A stretch of 64,000 nt of DNA. Source: Epiperipatus broadwayi (Eukaryota > Animalia > Onychophora). Made by a program: the position numbers and the translations under genes. The stretch covers positions 2,852,001 to 2,916,000 of the forward strand of contig JAQFVV010000010.1 in NCBI GenBank assembly GCA_028023455.1. The letters run 5' to 3'. Positions 13,625 to 27,211 of the stretch are shown piece by piece. The notes under the pieces are model-generated. The model searched no databases. It had not been told where the DNA came from and saw only the letters and a list, made by a program, of their open reading frames with translations. Position 1 is the stretch's first letter. Each line of letters begins with the position of its first letter.

Positions 13625-15569
13625 TAATAATCACTCATCATCATGAATGATCAACATTAAAAATAAATCAGTCAATCCTGTGGCTGGATTTAAAATATAA
13701 CTATTATAGACTAGTCTAATTATTTAGTTCTTGCCAGCATGGGCAGATTATTTAAACAATAATTTAGATGCACAAACGTAAGTGTTAATCCTTAAGAATA
13801 TAACAATTAAAAAATAATGCTGGGATACTAAAGCATGTTGATCTTCATCATCGCTCTGGCCACTTAGTATCATTAATGTACTGGCCAATTATAAAGTTAA
13901 TTTCTACTCGACTAAATAAAATGTAGTGCATGGACTGTAAAGGATATCCCCATTGTACCATCCAGCATTAGAGAAGTAATGAAATCATTATCAACAGGAT
14001 GTCCATAAACACTAAACATACGCTCCTTTTATATAGCAGACCATTATGCATAAATCCAGTTTAATGAGCAAAAGCTCTATAACTGTTATTGTGAATAAGA
14101 GGTATAATACAACATGTAATAATTTATAACATTTTATGATGAAATAAATTCATTGGAATATTAAACAATGGAATATAAATTTATTAATAATTAAATTAAA
14201 ATGAAATTAAAGTCAGTATAATGTGGTTATAAATATAAATTAAGCATTCTGATTTTGATAAAAATACAAAAAGCAGCACACAGATGTGCCTGTATAGAAA
14301 AAAATTACATATCAGACTTGTGTTAAACTAATAATAAAATTCAGTAATTCATTTTAATAATTTATAAAGTTTGATTAATTTTAACATATATGTGTCTACA
14401 TGACACTCATCTGCATAAGCACAGATGTGTTGCATAAACTAAAATTACATATCCAAATTGTGATAAACTAAAAATAAAATTCAATTTGTTTTTAATGATA
14501 CATAAATAAACATGTATGTATGTGTATATATATAAAATAGATAGTATAAATCAAAGTTATTAATTTATTTATTATTTCTAATGGTAAAAAAAACTTTTTC
14601 TTTTTTAAAAAAAAAATTATCTGAGATTAAGTTTGGAAAGTTCTTTTCTTAAAAAAAAATCCTTGGCTTTTTGTTTAGTAATTTACAATAAGATTTTCTG
14701 GGTGTTTTTTTTTTAATTTTAAAATAAAATCAATCCTTTGTTTTTTAGACATTGTTTTACTTTAAATTAGTGATTTTAACAATCATCATTTTCACTAAAG
14801 AGTTTTACTTTTAATAAATAAAACTGGAAATGGACATTTATTATTTTTTTCATTCTAGTTTTAGTTGAATAATTTAATCAAAAATTATTTATCTTTAAAA
14901 CCAGCTGATATCTGTAAGTACTTTATATACATGATGTGATATCTTTGTTTTTTTGCATATTGATAAAACTATGTATATAGCATGGTAATCTTTTAGTAAG
15001 CTGATTTCTTCTAAAACCATAGACTGGCTTATTATCATCTTCATGAAAAATATAATTTAGTAACTGATGGCATACATAAAGTCAGCTCCATTTAGTCTAA
15101 AATTTGCCAGACTTCAGGCATTTCAAGTTAGTACACAATATATCTAGACTAATGAACCATAGAAAAGCTGGCCCTGGCCTCCATAAGAATCAAACCTTTA
15201 CTATAGCACTAGCAGTAGTAGCTAGATTCAAAATCAGAATTAATAAAATATTAATTAGATCTTTTTAAATGTTTAATTTATGATAAAAAAAATTTTAAAT
15301 TCAAAATTATTTAATCCTTAACTGTTATTCCAGTGTAATATAGAAAATATCTACAAAATTTTTTTGTCTGTGTTTATTTCTACTTTTTCTTTCAACTTTA
15401 TATATATATGTGTGTGTATACAAACACTACTATGTTGTATGCTGTGAAACACATAACCATCTCAATATATAAATAATGTAACAAAGACTTGAACAGTTTT
15501 TTTTATTATTAATAATAGAAATTTTTCTGTGTGGAGAATTGTTATATGGTATTTCCAAAAACTTTTTAA

Positions 15570-16050
15570 TTTATATATATATATAGGGTAACCAATACCT
15601 AATGATAATTAAACCAGAACCAAATACCTCACTTATATGTGGAGATCTCTAGTAGGTCTTACTTATTCTGGCTTGTCAACATATATATTTAGACCACAAA
15701 TAGGTCCAAAATTCAAGTTAATTAAGAAATAATTAAAACTCCTAGTGGATTTAAAGTAAGTCATCAAACTATAAATGTTTGTAAATGCTTAATTAATCAT
15801 TCATATCTATAATAAAAGAGAGTACTGATAACTACCACAATACTGTGTCTTATGATACATGGATTTTCATTCAAGTTTCCCTGATGATTTAATATTAGTT
15901 TTACTCAATCCCTAAGTATGATGATACTTAATATTCAAATTAGAACTACATGATTAGTGAAAAAATAACTCTAAACTTTTTTAAAATCTATGTATTATAA
16001 GTCGAATGCAAGAATTTCAGTATCTGGAAGTCAATTATTGTATATCTATG
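15570..16050 (+). mobile_element. Possible decayed Penelope-like reverse transcriptase fragment
   Basis: Frame-broken peptides WLVNIYIRPQIG, IKTPSGF and FPDDLILV resemble the PLE RT N-terminal motifs (L.PL, IKNS.DF, ILVSFDV). Weak, by eye only. Confidence 0.3.
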
Positions 16051-18579
16051 ATTATTATATATAACTAACGAAACATATTCCATATATATATAAATACAAA
16101 ATTGGATAGTTTAGTTATAGCTAAGAGTATGTTTTACAAATTACATATATATTGTAACAGAATAAATTTTTTTAACATGTGATGCCTGAGAGCATTTATT
16201 TTGTAATGGTATAAAAATTTGTCAAGGCTGATGATGATCAATATCATACGAATAAAATCTAATATCTAATCTCATCTTAATAATTTGTGATGGATTATTT
16301 TTGCCGGTGATTGATGCCATTTGTGTAACGGGGTAAATTACCCTAGCATTTAATTGGCATTTTATCAAAAATCAAAATTTTCTAATTCTAATAATTATAT
16401 TTAATAATTCACACACTATGCATTTTCCCCATGGAAATCAATCAGGATCATCAATGATTAGCTTATTAATACAGCCACATGTATGGGCACCATTTTTGTA
16501 ATGATTAAAAGTTTGCCAATGCTGGGGAGAACGATCAATCTGATCTGAATAAAATCCAATCTAATTTAATCTAATCTAACTCAATCAGGTCGCCATTATA
16601 TAATAAACTATCACAAAACACTAATAATCTTTACTAAAGCCTAATTTGTTCAAGCTATATGTAAAACGAAATGAAACAATGAGGTTATCTGCTCCAGATG
16701 TCAACAAATGTATCACAATTACAAAGTAAACTGCGATAAGTAGTGAAATCGTATATCATTTCCCTAAACAATAATATATGATTAAGCTAACTATTTGATT
16801 AATGAATGAAAGTCAATTCGAATTAATAATCAAACTAGATTCCAACATCCTTTATTAATCTACAGTTATTATAATAATTCAAATCTACTTTAATATTTAA
16901 TGACATTGCATTTTATTTAAATAGATTAGTTTTTAGCTAATTATAACTGCATTTTACAAAACGTTTTTAAAACCTATACACTACTTTAAATGTTGAAACA
17001 AAATAATCTTTTACTCATATTTACATCTAGTTTAATAAAATGCTAAATATAATGTATAAACATTTCATTCTTATCTTCCAATAAAGCGATACATAATTAT
17101 TGCTTCGTTTATATTTTAAAATGGAATATTCCACAAGAATTTAATATCAACAAATCTATTAGATGATTTCTAACTATACAATGCCCAATCACATTAAATA
17201 AAATATATCTTAAGTTTTCATTGGATGTTTATTAACTTATAATTATTAATATTATTTATTTGAATCTTCAATCAATCGACTATGAAAGTGATTTTGGTAA
17301 CAATTAAGCTGTCTAACTAACAATAATTGACAATTATTCAAATCAAAGATAATATTCAATTAAGCTAGTCAATGAAATTTGTTATCTTCACTTTAGAGAA
17401 ATTTAAAAAGTATTTAAGATAAGTCATTCTAAACCAATGACAAAATACGATCTATTTAGATTTTTATGACGGGACTAGATAAGCAAAGAAATAATCAACT
17501 CTAAGCTAATGATATTGACTTACTTGTAATATTACTTTAAATAAATAAACAAATGTTGGAATGCATTAATAAATATTAAATTTTATATGTAATAAGATAA
17601 AAAAAAATGATGATGTACAAAACATACCACATTTTATATTCTAGTTCACTTACCAAGTTGAGTTTGAATCTTGGACCAAATTTTAAATAACAAAAATGAT
17701 CTTACGCAATCCCAAGAAAGAATTAAACAGATTCGTAGCATTTAAATCAACTCAATTTATTGGAATATAAAAAAACATTAATAACAAAATACAACAGAAG
17801 ATTAATCGATATTTGTAATTAATTGAAATTAATGAAAGTGATAAGATTTATGTATGTAACTCTAAAATGTGTTGTGAAACAATAATGACATGTACAAAAA
17901 AAATGAATGGAAGGAGAGATTTTGAATATCTTAATGAACAATTTTAAATAACAGATATTAAAAGTATATATGTAAAATCGAATAAAATTGAACTCTATTT
18001 GTTCATTAACATAATAATCGATAAACAAATATAAAATAAAATGATATATTTAAACCTCTTTTCTGTTCGGTATTTCAAACTAAATTTTACACATACAAAA
18101 AACCAAATTGGATATTTATAAACATCGGGTCGTATTAATATATATACTCAGACAAGAGTTTAAATAACCATTAAATAAATCTCTCCGAGCCTTTCATTGT
18201 CCTTCATCGCATAAACCCTATTATATCTAAATGTATACTTTATGATTAAAAATAAAATATAAACTGTTCTTTAATATATATATATATATGCCTATGCACA
18301 CATATGCATAAACAAAGTCAAAAAAAATCATACCCTCAGTAAAAATCTATTCATTTATCCATCATAGATTTATTATTCTCAGTCCTAAGATGTCAAGATG
18401 CGTTTAAAGATAAGTTGAACTTTCAATGTTTCCTTTAAGGTATATAGAGATCCAGTTTTCAAAACAACAGGTAAAAACAAATATATATATTTTACCAGCT
18501 TCAATTTTTTTTTTTTCATTAGCAATAATGTTCAGATAGAATAATCCTGTTAAATCAAGTGAATAATTTAATATTAACC

Positions 18580-19250
18580 TTTTTTCCTTCCCTTTCTTTG
18601 AATTAGGAGAGTGGAGTTTAACTGGCTTATTAATAATATGAATTAATCCAGTTGATCCTGTTGATTTTCTTGGCTTGAAACATAGTATCCATCGAATACA
18701 ATGGTAGTTATGTTTGGATTTTTAAACATGTAATCCCTTTTTTTAAAAAAAAAAAATAGCCAATCTGCTGTACAACACATTTTTTTTAAAATAGGTTTTT
18801 CTTCTTTCACATTTTTGCTGTCGTCTTCTTTGGAACTTTTTCAGCAAGCTGCCCCTCAAATGAATGGGAATGGACAGAAGTTAACTTTTTATTCTTCCAT
18901 ATTGTATAGGTTAACGATTTAAAAATAAAGTTTTAAAGAATTTTTTTTTTAAGCACTGAGATTCACGTCTGTTCTCAGCAATGACGAAAAGATGAGAAGT
19001 CCGATTACAGTCTTTTCTGGGTATTTATATTACACTTTTTCTGACGTTATGGCTGTCATAACAACTATTGAAATCTACTCTAAAACCATTCAATGACAAA
19101 CGATATGTTCCAGTAAATTTCCTGCTTTGTTTTGCAAGTGCAATGTAAGTTTGGAGAGAAATGGATACATTGAAATGAAATCTAAGTTCAATATGATTTT
19201 TCTTTATTAATTTTTTAAGCCAAAATAAAGAATTGATATTACAACCTTGA
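18580..19250 (-). mobile_element. Possible degenerate DNA-transposase remnant (unclassified)
   Basis: Minus-strand ITTIVFDGY and FCPFPF..KSSK resemble motifs recurrent in invertebrate DNA-transposon ORFs; heavily disrupted. Confidence 0.3.
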
Positions 19251-19393
19251 TACATTTTATAAATATAAATAATTTAGATATGTTTTTTTTTTTTAATAAT
19301 AATTTTTTTAAAAAATTAATCTACAAACAAAAATATGTGACACATAAAAAAAAACATTCAAGTATTTATAATAATGTTACTATGGTGAATGTA

Positions 19394-19830
19394 AATATAT
19401 TAAATTTAAGCGTAAACAGATAATATATAATAACGTGAAAGCTAAACACCTTCAAACAGATATGCTTTAAAAATGCTTATGTGACAGCCAATCAGATGGA
19501 ATAATGGCATCACATGGGACTCTAAATTCTAAAACACAAGCCAGAACTATTAGAAAAAGATGGGACCCATCTTAATCTATGCCTCAATTATATTTAAATA
19601 AGCCAGATTAAAGCATTTTGAACTAAGAGTGTGAAGCTTAAATACCTTCACATTTAATCCACTAAATATTATATATATAAATTAACAACGCGAAATCATC
19701 CGATTTACAACGAAGAAATATTTTTAAATCTAATGAAATGATATTAATAAATGTAAATATATTAAATTTAAGCGTAAACATAAGCATTTTTAAAGCGTAT
19801 CTGTTTGAAGGTTTTTAGCTTTCACGTTAT
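19394..19830. mobile_element. ~362-bp-unit insertion with terminal redundancy, inverted tail and 13-bp TSD
   Basis: aatgtaaatatattaaatttaagcgtaaaca at 19388 and 19750; 19427-19482 is inverted at 19778-19833; TSD tatggtgaatgta at 19381-19393 and 19831-19843. Confidence 0.8.
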
Positions 19831-21257
19831 TATGGTGAATGTAGTAACAGAAATTAAAATATGTAAAAATAATGCTGATCCTATTCTAGTAAACTTTTTA
19901 TGTCACACTGAACTATTTCCAAAATATATTTATTTGTCTATATTTTTTTTTCTTGAGTTTGATTATAACAAATTTAGTATTTTGAAGCTAGAATTAGCAG
20001 TAAACAATACTATTTAAAATGCTTTAGGTTGCCATGGTTATTAATTTAAACCTATATTTTCAAGATCTCCCATTGTCCATTTATCAAGTGAAAAGAAAAA
20101 CCTAACAAGATCAACACACTTCTTTGGTTTTTTAAATACTTTGATTAAATGTGAATACTCACAATATATATATATATATGGATTAATTATCAGACTTTCA
20201 TAGATTTTATAGATATAAATATTAAAATTACAGTGGGAATTTTTATATATATTTATCTAGAAATATATATTTATAGTTATTTATTAGTTTATTTCCTTTG
20301 TGTTCATTCTTTATTGATGTCGGTTACTTGATTATTTTATTTGATATTAAGAAATTCTGATCCATTCTATATAAAAATTTAATAACTATCACATCTGAAT
20401 ATAAAAATATTGATATAAGAAATAAATGTAAATAACTTTGCTGTCATCAGTATTACATGTTTGATAAATATTTATTGTAGGATTCAGGTATTTTAAAATT
20501 ATAATATTAGGATTTCAATTTTTTATTATTATCATATAGTAAAAAGCTCAAAAAAATCAAATGATGTTTGAGCTTGAACTGACTTAGAGCACAACAATTT
20601 TATTTTAATTGACCAGAGCGGAACATTTATATTGGCAGCAAGCCAATTTTCTTTTTGAGCTAACTATTCAGTGTATATTTCAATACTGAATTTCTTTTAA
20701 AAAAATGAACTAGCAGAAGTAAATGTATACAAAATTATGCAAGTTAGTATGCTACATATTTCTAAGTGTAGAGAAAATATTAAAAATGTTTGCATAAAAT
20801 ATCAGAATAATAAATCTATCACAAAAATTGAAAAGGAACAATGGAAAAAAATAAACATATGGAGAAGAAAATAATAATGTAGTTATGAAAATTTTTTTGT
20901 TTAAGAGAAAATATTATAGCTAAGGGGTACAATTTTAGAACTAATAATTTAATAAGTAATTTAATTTTAGAAATAATAATTTAATAAATGATACATTGAT
21001 GATAAATTAAAAACTTTTCTAAAAGATCTGATAATAATTCAAATTTGTAAGCTAATAACTGAACAAGATGATGATGAATTATAGATAAAAAAAATTTTTT
21101 TAATGATTTAAATATAATTGTATTATAATAATGAGAATTAGAAATGAGAGAAAATAAAAAACAAATAAATTTTTGTAGGAAAAGTAATATAGTGATTTTA
21201 AATTAATACTAGTAAAATTAACCAACTGTTTGTTTACAGTAATTTATTTTATTTTAG

Positions 21258-21403
21258 ATGCTCAGTCAAATGAATTCTACACTAGAAGAAGAAAAACGAT
21301 CTCTTATGTCTCAAGTATCCACATTGTTAACTCAATATCATGATCTCTTGTCTACTACCCTGGAGGATAAAGATCATTATCATGAAGAAGAAAAACAATT
21401 TGC
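21258..21403 (+). CDS. Girdin: Girdin/CCDC88 coding exon (phase 0-2)
   Basis: attttag|ATG...TTTGC|gtaagt; MLSQMNSTLEEEKRSLMSQVSTLLTQYHDLLSTTLEDKDHYHEEEKQF matches the conserved end of the CCDC88 coiled coil. Confidence 0.93.
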
Positions 21404-21593
21404 GTAAGTTATTTGAAATTGTACTGGTAAGTGCTGGATATTCTGCTCCCCCCCTCCTCTGGTACATTAAATATTATCACTGCATGTTTATTGCACTAGG
21501 TATAGTCCAAGCCTTTGATAGAATAAATATGTAATAGTTTTCATGTGGACTAATTTGCATGAATTTTAGATTGTAGTAATGATTTTTTTGTAG

Positions 21594-21683
21594 AGATAAA
21601 TTAAATATGCTTCGTCGTCAAAAAGAAAAGCTTGAGGAGAAGATAATGGATCAGTATAGGCGCATGGAAAGCTCTCCTAAAAA
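21594..21683 (+). CDS. Girdin: Girdin/CCDC88 coding exon (phase 2-2)
   Basis: tttgtag|A...AAAA|gtgagt; DKLNMLRRQKEKLEEKIMDQYRRMESSPK carries the hallmark KEKLEEKIMDQY motif of Girdin/Daple. Confidence 0.95.
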
Positions 21684-23347
21684 GTGAGTGCACTGCCTAG
21701 TGGCTGATTAATAAAGCTATAAATTATTTAAATATATTGATTAATTTGATAGCTGTGGTTATGTTGGGCTTTTTTTTTTTTTGCTTATGTTGCAAATACG
21801 ATCTTTGATTTGAATGCATTTTTTTTTTGGCTGGGAAATTGTTAAAAGAAATTTAAAAATATATTTATAATAATAATAGAATACTAATAAAATATTAAGA
21901 TCTTAGATATGTAATGTTAATAATTTAAAATGTTGATCCAACTCTTATTTTAATTTTTAGGTCATTATTAAATTCAATTGAAACATTTATACACTTATTC
22001 GAGGAATTTTGTAAAATATTTTATTAAACTTGAAAAGTTTTTAAAATTTGCTGGCAATTAATTTTAAAAGCCATTAAATATACATATGTAATACTTATAA
22101 TTATTTTGATGCAATAAATTAGTTCAAAAATCCATGTTTTAGAAATAGAGTCAGCAATAATTATACATATAATCAGAGAGAAGGGCAAAAACATGCAAAG
22201 CAACATGGATTTTTAAAAAGACCAGACAAGTCAAGGAAATATAGAAAAGAATTTAATCTGTCAGAAGATTGTTTAGAATATTTACTGTGTGTAAAAAAAA
22301 TTAATTATGTTTTTTCATGATTCTCTAATAGTATAAAAGCATAAGAAAAGTTTTAATTAACTGATACTTTCTTAAAATTATATTTTAAAAGTAAATAACT
22401 ATAATTAAAATTTATAAGTTTATTGTTTGGTTTATTTATTATATTTTTTAAATTATCACATAGCGCAGTTTGCAGAATATTACTGATTTTTGTTTATCAA
22501 ATTACTTTATAAAATTATCTAATAGATTTCTCTTAATTATTAATTTAGGTTTCACATCTAGTCAAAAGTGTTTTTATTTTATTCTTTTATAAAAAAAAAA
22601 CAAATGACAATTTTATTTTTTTCTGTTAATTTTTATATACCTTTTTAATCTTCATCAATGATTCTCTGTTTCTTATAAACAATTTGTATTAAATCAGCAC
22701 CCACAGTTTTCTAGAAAATGGGCTTTAATTTTAACTACAAACAATTCTTGACAAATTTAAACCTAACAAATGTGCTTCTACTGCTAAACAAAAAATATTT
22801 GAGAAAAAAAAACACCTACTAATTGCAGAATTATTAATTGCAAGATAAATGTTATTTTAAATATTATTACAAATATGTTGTTTCAAATAATGTACTTTCT
22901 TATTTATAAAAGAACATTTTTAATTTAGGAAGATTATAAAAATGATCAGTAAAAGAAAATGCACTTTATTACAATATATCAATAAAATTTTAAACTTTTT
23001 TTCCAATTATACATGAATCAAATTATGCAGAAATTTGTAGAATGCATTATCATGAATTAGAAATTGCCTGTATATCACACATTTATATTTTTTCTTTTAA
23101 ATTATTTTAACTTATTCAACTGGAACATGTGCATTGGTTTTTCTATCTAAATCAAACAATATTCTCAGTTGTCTGTCTCTACCGGATTTGTCATGTTTTC
23201 TAATTTGCAATTCATATTTCTAAGACTCTAGAAAACATTATATATATATCGAAATGTTCTGATCTTATTGCAATGATATAAAATAATTTAAGTTCAATTA
23301 TCTTATAAAATATTGGGTTGGTGTGTACATATATTAATAACAAACTA

Positions 23348-24075
23348 ATAAGAATACCATACTCTATACAGTAATGCCACCAAGTGCAGGCCTTTGTAAT
23401 CAGTGGATGCAGGAAGATTTGTGCATAAAATCCTAAGTAGTGCTTACTCATCCAACATCCCCAGATTAGTTTGGATTTGAGAGCACTGCATCTAGATCTT
23501 AGGATCTAATGCAATCCTCCAGAAGCCAGTTTTTACCTATTTGATTAACTATAAAGCTAGGAGCCCAAGATGAAAGCACCATAATGTTTTTAATCCAAGT
23601 TCATTTGCTTGTATAGTCATATAGATCTGAACTCAATTCAGCATTTATACATTTTGTTGTCTTTGGTTTGTCAAAAATCGCATCCAATCATTATCCTATG
23701 GGCAGGATAGGTATAAAACCATTAAAACATCACATGATCTCCATTTCATATGCTTACACATGCTGTTAATAAGAATACCAAACTCTCTATTCAATAACAC
23801 CACCAAATAGATAAATGGTAGCTGTTGAAAGGTTGCATTAGATCTTAAGATCTAAATGCAGTGCTTTCAAATCCGAAGTTCCTCACTGATGAAAGTCACA
23901 AGCTAGAAACTAGTCTGGGGATATTGGATGAGTAGGCACTAGATAGGAATTTTATGAACAAATCTTCCAGCATCCATTGATTACGAAGGCTTGCACTTGG
24001 CACTACTGTGTGGAGAGTTTGTTACTCTTATTAATAGCATATGTAAACATATGAAATGGTGATCATGTGATGTTT
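23348..24075. mobile_element. HHR element family 1, copy C (one full monomer plus an inverted partial monomer)
   Basis: The left monomer has lost its ribozyme core by a ~30-bp deletion; the inverted right arm keeps it on the + strand; imperfect TSD ttaata(g)acaaacta. Confidence 0.85.
23880..23921 (+). ncRNA. Minimal type I hammerhead ribozyme motif (family 1), sense to the host gene
   Basis: UCCUCA-CUGAUGA(23886-23892)-A-AGU(CACAA)GCU-A-GAAAC-UA-GUC-UGGGGA; predicted cleavage after 23915. Confidence 0.78.
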
Positions 24076-25153
24076 TAATAGACAAACTATTGTGTAAAAT
24101 ATAAAAAGAAACAGATGAGTTCTTTTATTTCTTTGATCTTAAATTTAAAATTATGTTGAACTAAAAATTAATTGTGAAATCATCTTCTGAAAGTTTTTGG
24201 TTTTTATTTTAACATAATATAATTCTTAAGAATTTGTTTTGAAAAAGAAATCTATTTTTGTTGAGATAAAAAATAATGAACTTTTGCTTACTAAATCTTC
24301 CAAATTAATTAAAGATGTTATTTTGATAATAAACCAATTATCTTATTTTTTTTATTTTTGAAAGTTGATTTTCAATGATGGAATGTTAGGTTATTAAAAG
24401 AACAATAATGACTTGAAAAGTCAGAGTTCTAATTAGACTTAAAATTTTTCTTTCAGGTAGTTGACCCATAATTAATCCAGATAAATATTCAATATTGGAT
24501 AATAAATACTTATACCTAAGTATTTTTAGTTAGAGGATGAAATAAGAAAGTCAATTAAATAATTTCATTATAAATCAGCAAACTTGGCGAATAATACTTT
24601 GTGGATGTTTTACCTTTTAGTTACATTTTTTATTAACTATTAAATACAAAAAAGAAAAACTCATACTAGCCATTATACAAGCTGTTTGTAGTTTTCTACA
24701 CATCCATTACATATATAGATTCATTAGGGGATATGTCTGATTATTTATTATCAGTTATTCAGTGTGAGGAAATTTGGCTTTGTGCTCATAATTATAAGAA
24801 ATTACAAAAGAGTATTGCTTATGTAACTGAAAACTTAATATAATTTCAATAGATGATACTGCTATATTGCTTAGTAATTCACTATCTAAAACTAGTAGTC
24901 ATAATCCTACAGTTGAAATTGCAAAAGCTTTTTTATCTGAAATTTACATTAAATTTTAATGGTAGAATTAGAAAAAAAATGTATATATTTAAAGAAAATT
25001 AATTTCATTTTAAATGAAATCAATCTAATTTTAAGTTGCAATATATTTTATTATATACATCTTTCTCTTTATATATGTGTTCTCTGTTCAATGGTTTGAT
25101 GCTTTAATAAGTATTTATGCATTCAGTGATACATATTTTATATATAAATATAG

Positions 25154-25211
25154 GAAAGGATTTGGAGCAAATTTAGTAAGAAGGGTGAGAAAAGCAGGTG
25201 AATTCATTAAG
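25154..25211 (+). CDS. Girdin: Girdin/CCDC88 coding exon (phase 2-0)
   Basis: atatag|G...AAG|gtaaag; KGFGANLVRRVRKAGEFIK resembles the basic post-coiled-coil segment of invertebrate Girdin; phases match both neighbours. Confidence 0.85.
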
Positions 25212-25297
25212 GTAAAGAATGTTTAAAATTTTTATTCAGAAATGCTAATAATTGATCGTATTCTTTAATGATTTACATAATTATTTAATTTTTTTAG

Positions 25298-25421
25298 CAG
25301 GGACGAAAAACTCGTTCTCGAGAGCAAAGTTCAAGTGATCAGCCACCTGGAAATAGTGATAGTCCAGAAAGCTCATCTCAAGGATCTGTTGGAGATTTAG
25401 TTGAAGGAATAAAGCCTGCAG
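25298..25421 (+). CDS. Girdin: Girdin/CCDC88 coding exon (phase 0-1; NAGNAG acceptor, alternative start 25301)
   Basis: ttttttagcag|GGA tandem acceptor and GCAG|gtaatt donor; (Q)GRKTRSREQSSSDQPPGNSDSPESSSQGSVGDLVEGIKPA resembles the CCDC88 RSRE...DSSSVGS segment. Confidence 0.85.
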
Positions 25422-26714
25422 GTAATTTTTAAAACTTGTGTGATTTTTTGCATACTTTGTGTATGTATTTGTTATATAAATCACCTCATACAATAAATTT
25501 TAAAATAAAAATATTAATCAATAAATTTATAAAAAAGAAATGCTTTTGATTATATTATTGTAATCATTATCAACTTAATATAACTAAATAGAAAAATCTT
25601 GGGATAACCAAGGTTGTTGAAGTTTTATGTTCACCCCTGCTGGCCTTACTGATTAATAATAAACAGCCATTTACAAATGAGTATCGCCATTACAATTTCA
25701 AAAAAAAAGAATTAAAAAAAACCCACTTAATAGTGTATTTTAAAATGACTATACAAACCAAATTGAGAATCTCAAATACTTTCACATTTAAAACAAGCTA
25801 GTTCATACTTGATATTTTATAATGTTGTCTTTCAATTGGCTCGGCAGTAACTTATTGAAATACATTAATGTGATGTTTAATTGTAGCTCTCTAATATATC
25901 GTATTTTCTGCCATATTTTCACAATGGAAACAATTAACATTGCATTTCTTTAGAATGTCTTTGAGATAATCCTTTTAATGTAGTCGTGTATGAAAATAGA
26001 GATCAAGTGTACCATAAAATATCCTTTTAGGAAATCTTTTATTATTCAGTTGTTTTACATATCCAATCCAAAAAGGTCTGATTTTAAAATACTGGCCTCA
26101 GTAGTATCACATCCAGCAAGCTGAAGAACATATTGATTAATTTTGTGATCTTGTCATTGTATTTTTAAAATTTTATAAATTTATCCTTAAATGAAACTTT
26201 TCTAATGCTTTTATATTGTGCTGATAGAGTATTCAAATCTCATTTCCATATAATAAATGAGATCAAATAACAACTCGATATACAGCTATCACAATTGCAA
26301 TAGTTATTTCCTAATATTCACATAAATGTTCTAGTCAGTCTTACTGAAAAGGTAGTCTATATAATTTAAATTTAACTTTTATTAATGCTTAGCGTGCTTT
26401 GATGTAGTTATTTCCCTATGATGAAATTCTCTGTATTTTTAATTTGTTAAAAGCAACAGCAGTATATTGGAATCTGGGTTGGACCTCAATATCTATGTTC
26501 ACCTTTTAAAAACTATCAAGATATTTAAACTTATTTACATTCTCAAGTTGATAACCATCCAAGCAAAAAGTTGCTGAGGATTTTTCTTCTTTTACTGGTA
26601 GTAAACAGGCAAAAACTCTCCATATAGTAGTGCCACCTTGTGCTAACCAGAGTAATCAATGGATGCCAGAAGACTTGTGCATAAAATCCCTATCTAGTGC
26701 CTACTCATCCAATA

Positions 26715-26756
26715 TCCCCAGACTAGTTTCTGGCTTGTGGCCTTCATCAGTGAGGA
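26715..26756 (-). ncRNA. Minimal type I hammerhead ribozyme motif (family 1)
   Basis: Minus strand: UCCUCA-CUGAUGA-A-GGC(CACAA)GCC-A-GAAAC-UA-GUC-UGGGGA. Confidence 0.8.
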
Positions 26757-27169
26757 GCCTTGGATCTGAGAGCAGTGCACCTAGATCTTAGGATCTAATG
26801 CAACCCTCCAGCAGCCACCTTTTATCTTTACTTCACTACAAAACTATGAGAATGAAATTGAAAACACAATAATATTTTCAATCTAAGCTCAATAGCTTAT
26901 ATAGTCATATGGGTCTGGAACTCATTTCAGCACCTATACATTTTGGTGACTTTGGCTCTTTAACAACCATAGCCACCATTATCCATTTAGGCAGGATTAG
27001 TGTTAAACCACTAAACATCACATGATCACCATCTTATGCTAGCACATAACTATTAGTAAACAGGCAAAAACTCTCCATATAGTAGTGCCACCTTGTGCTA
27101 ACCAGAGTAATCAATGGATGCTAGAAGGTTTGTGCATAAAATCCTTATCTAATGCCTACTCATCCAATA

Positions 27170-27211
27170 TCCCCAGACTAGTTTCTGGCTTGTGGCCTTC
27201 ATCAGTGAGGA
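27170..27211 (-). ncRNA. Minimal type I hammerhead ribozyme motif (family 1)
   Basis: Same core as 26715-26756, one monomer away. Confidence 0.8.

Noticed and set aside
16228-16253. CTGATGA-TGAT/ATCA hairpin as a third hammerhead family
   Set aside because: It has GAAT instead of GAAA with extra bases and no stem I/III; kept only as a weak hint in the PLE finding.
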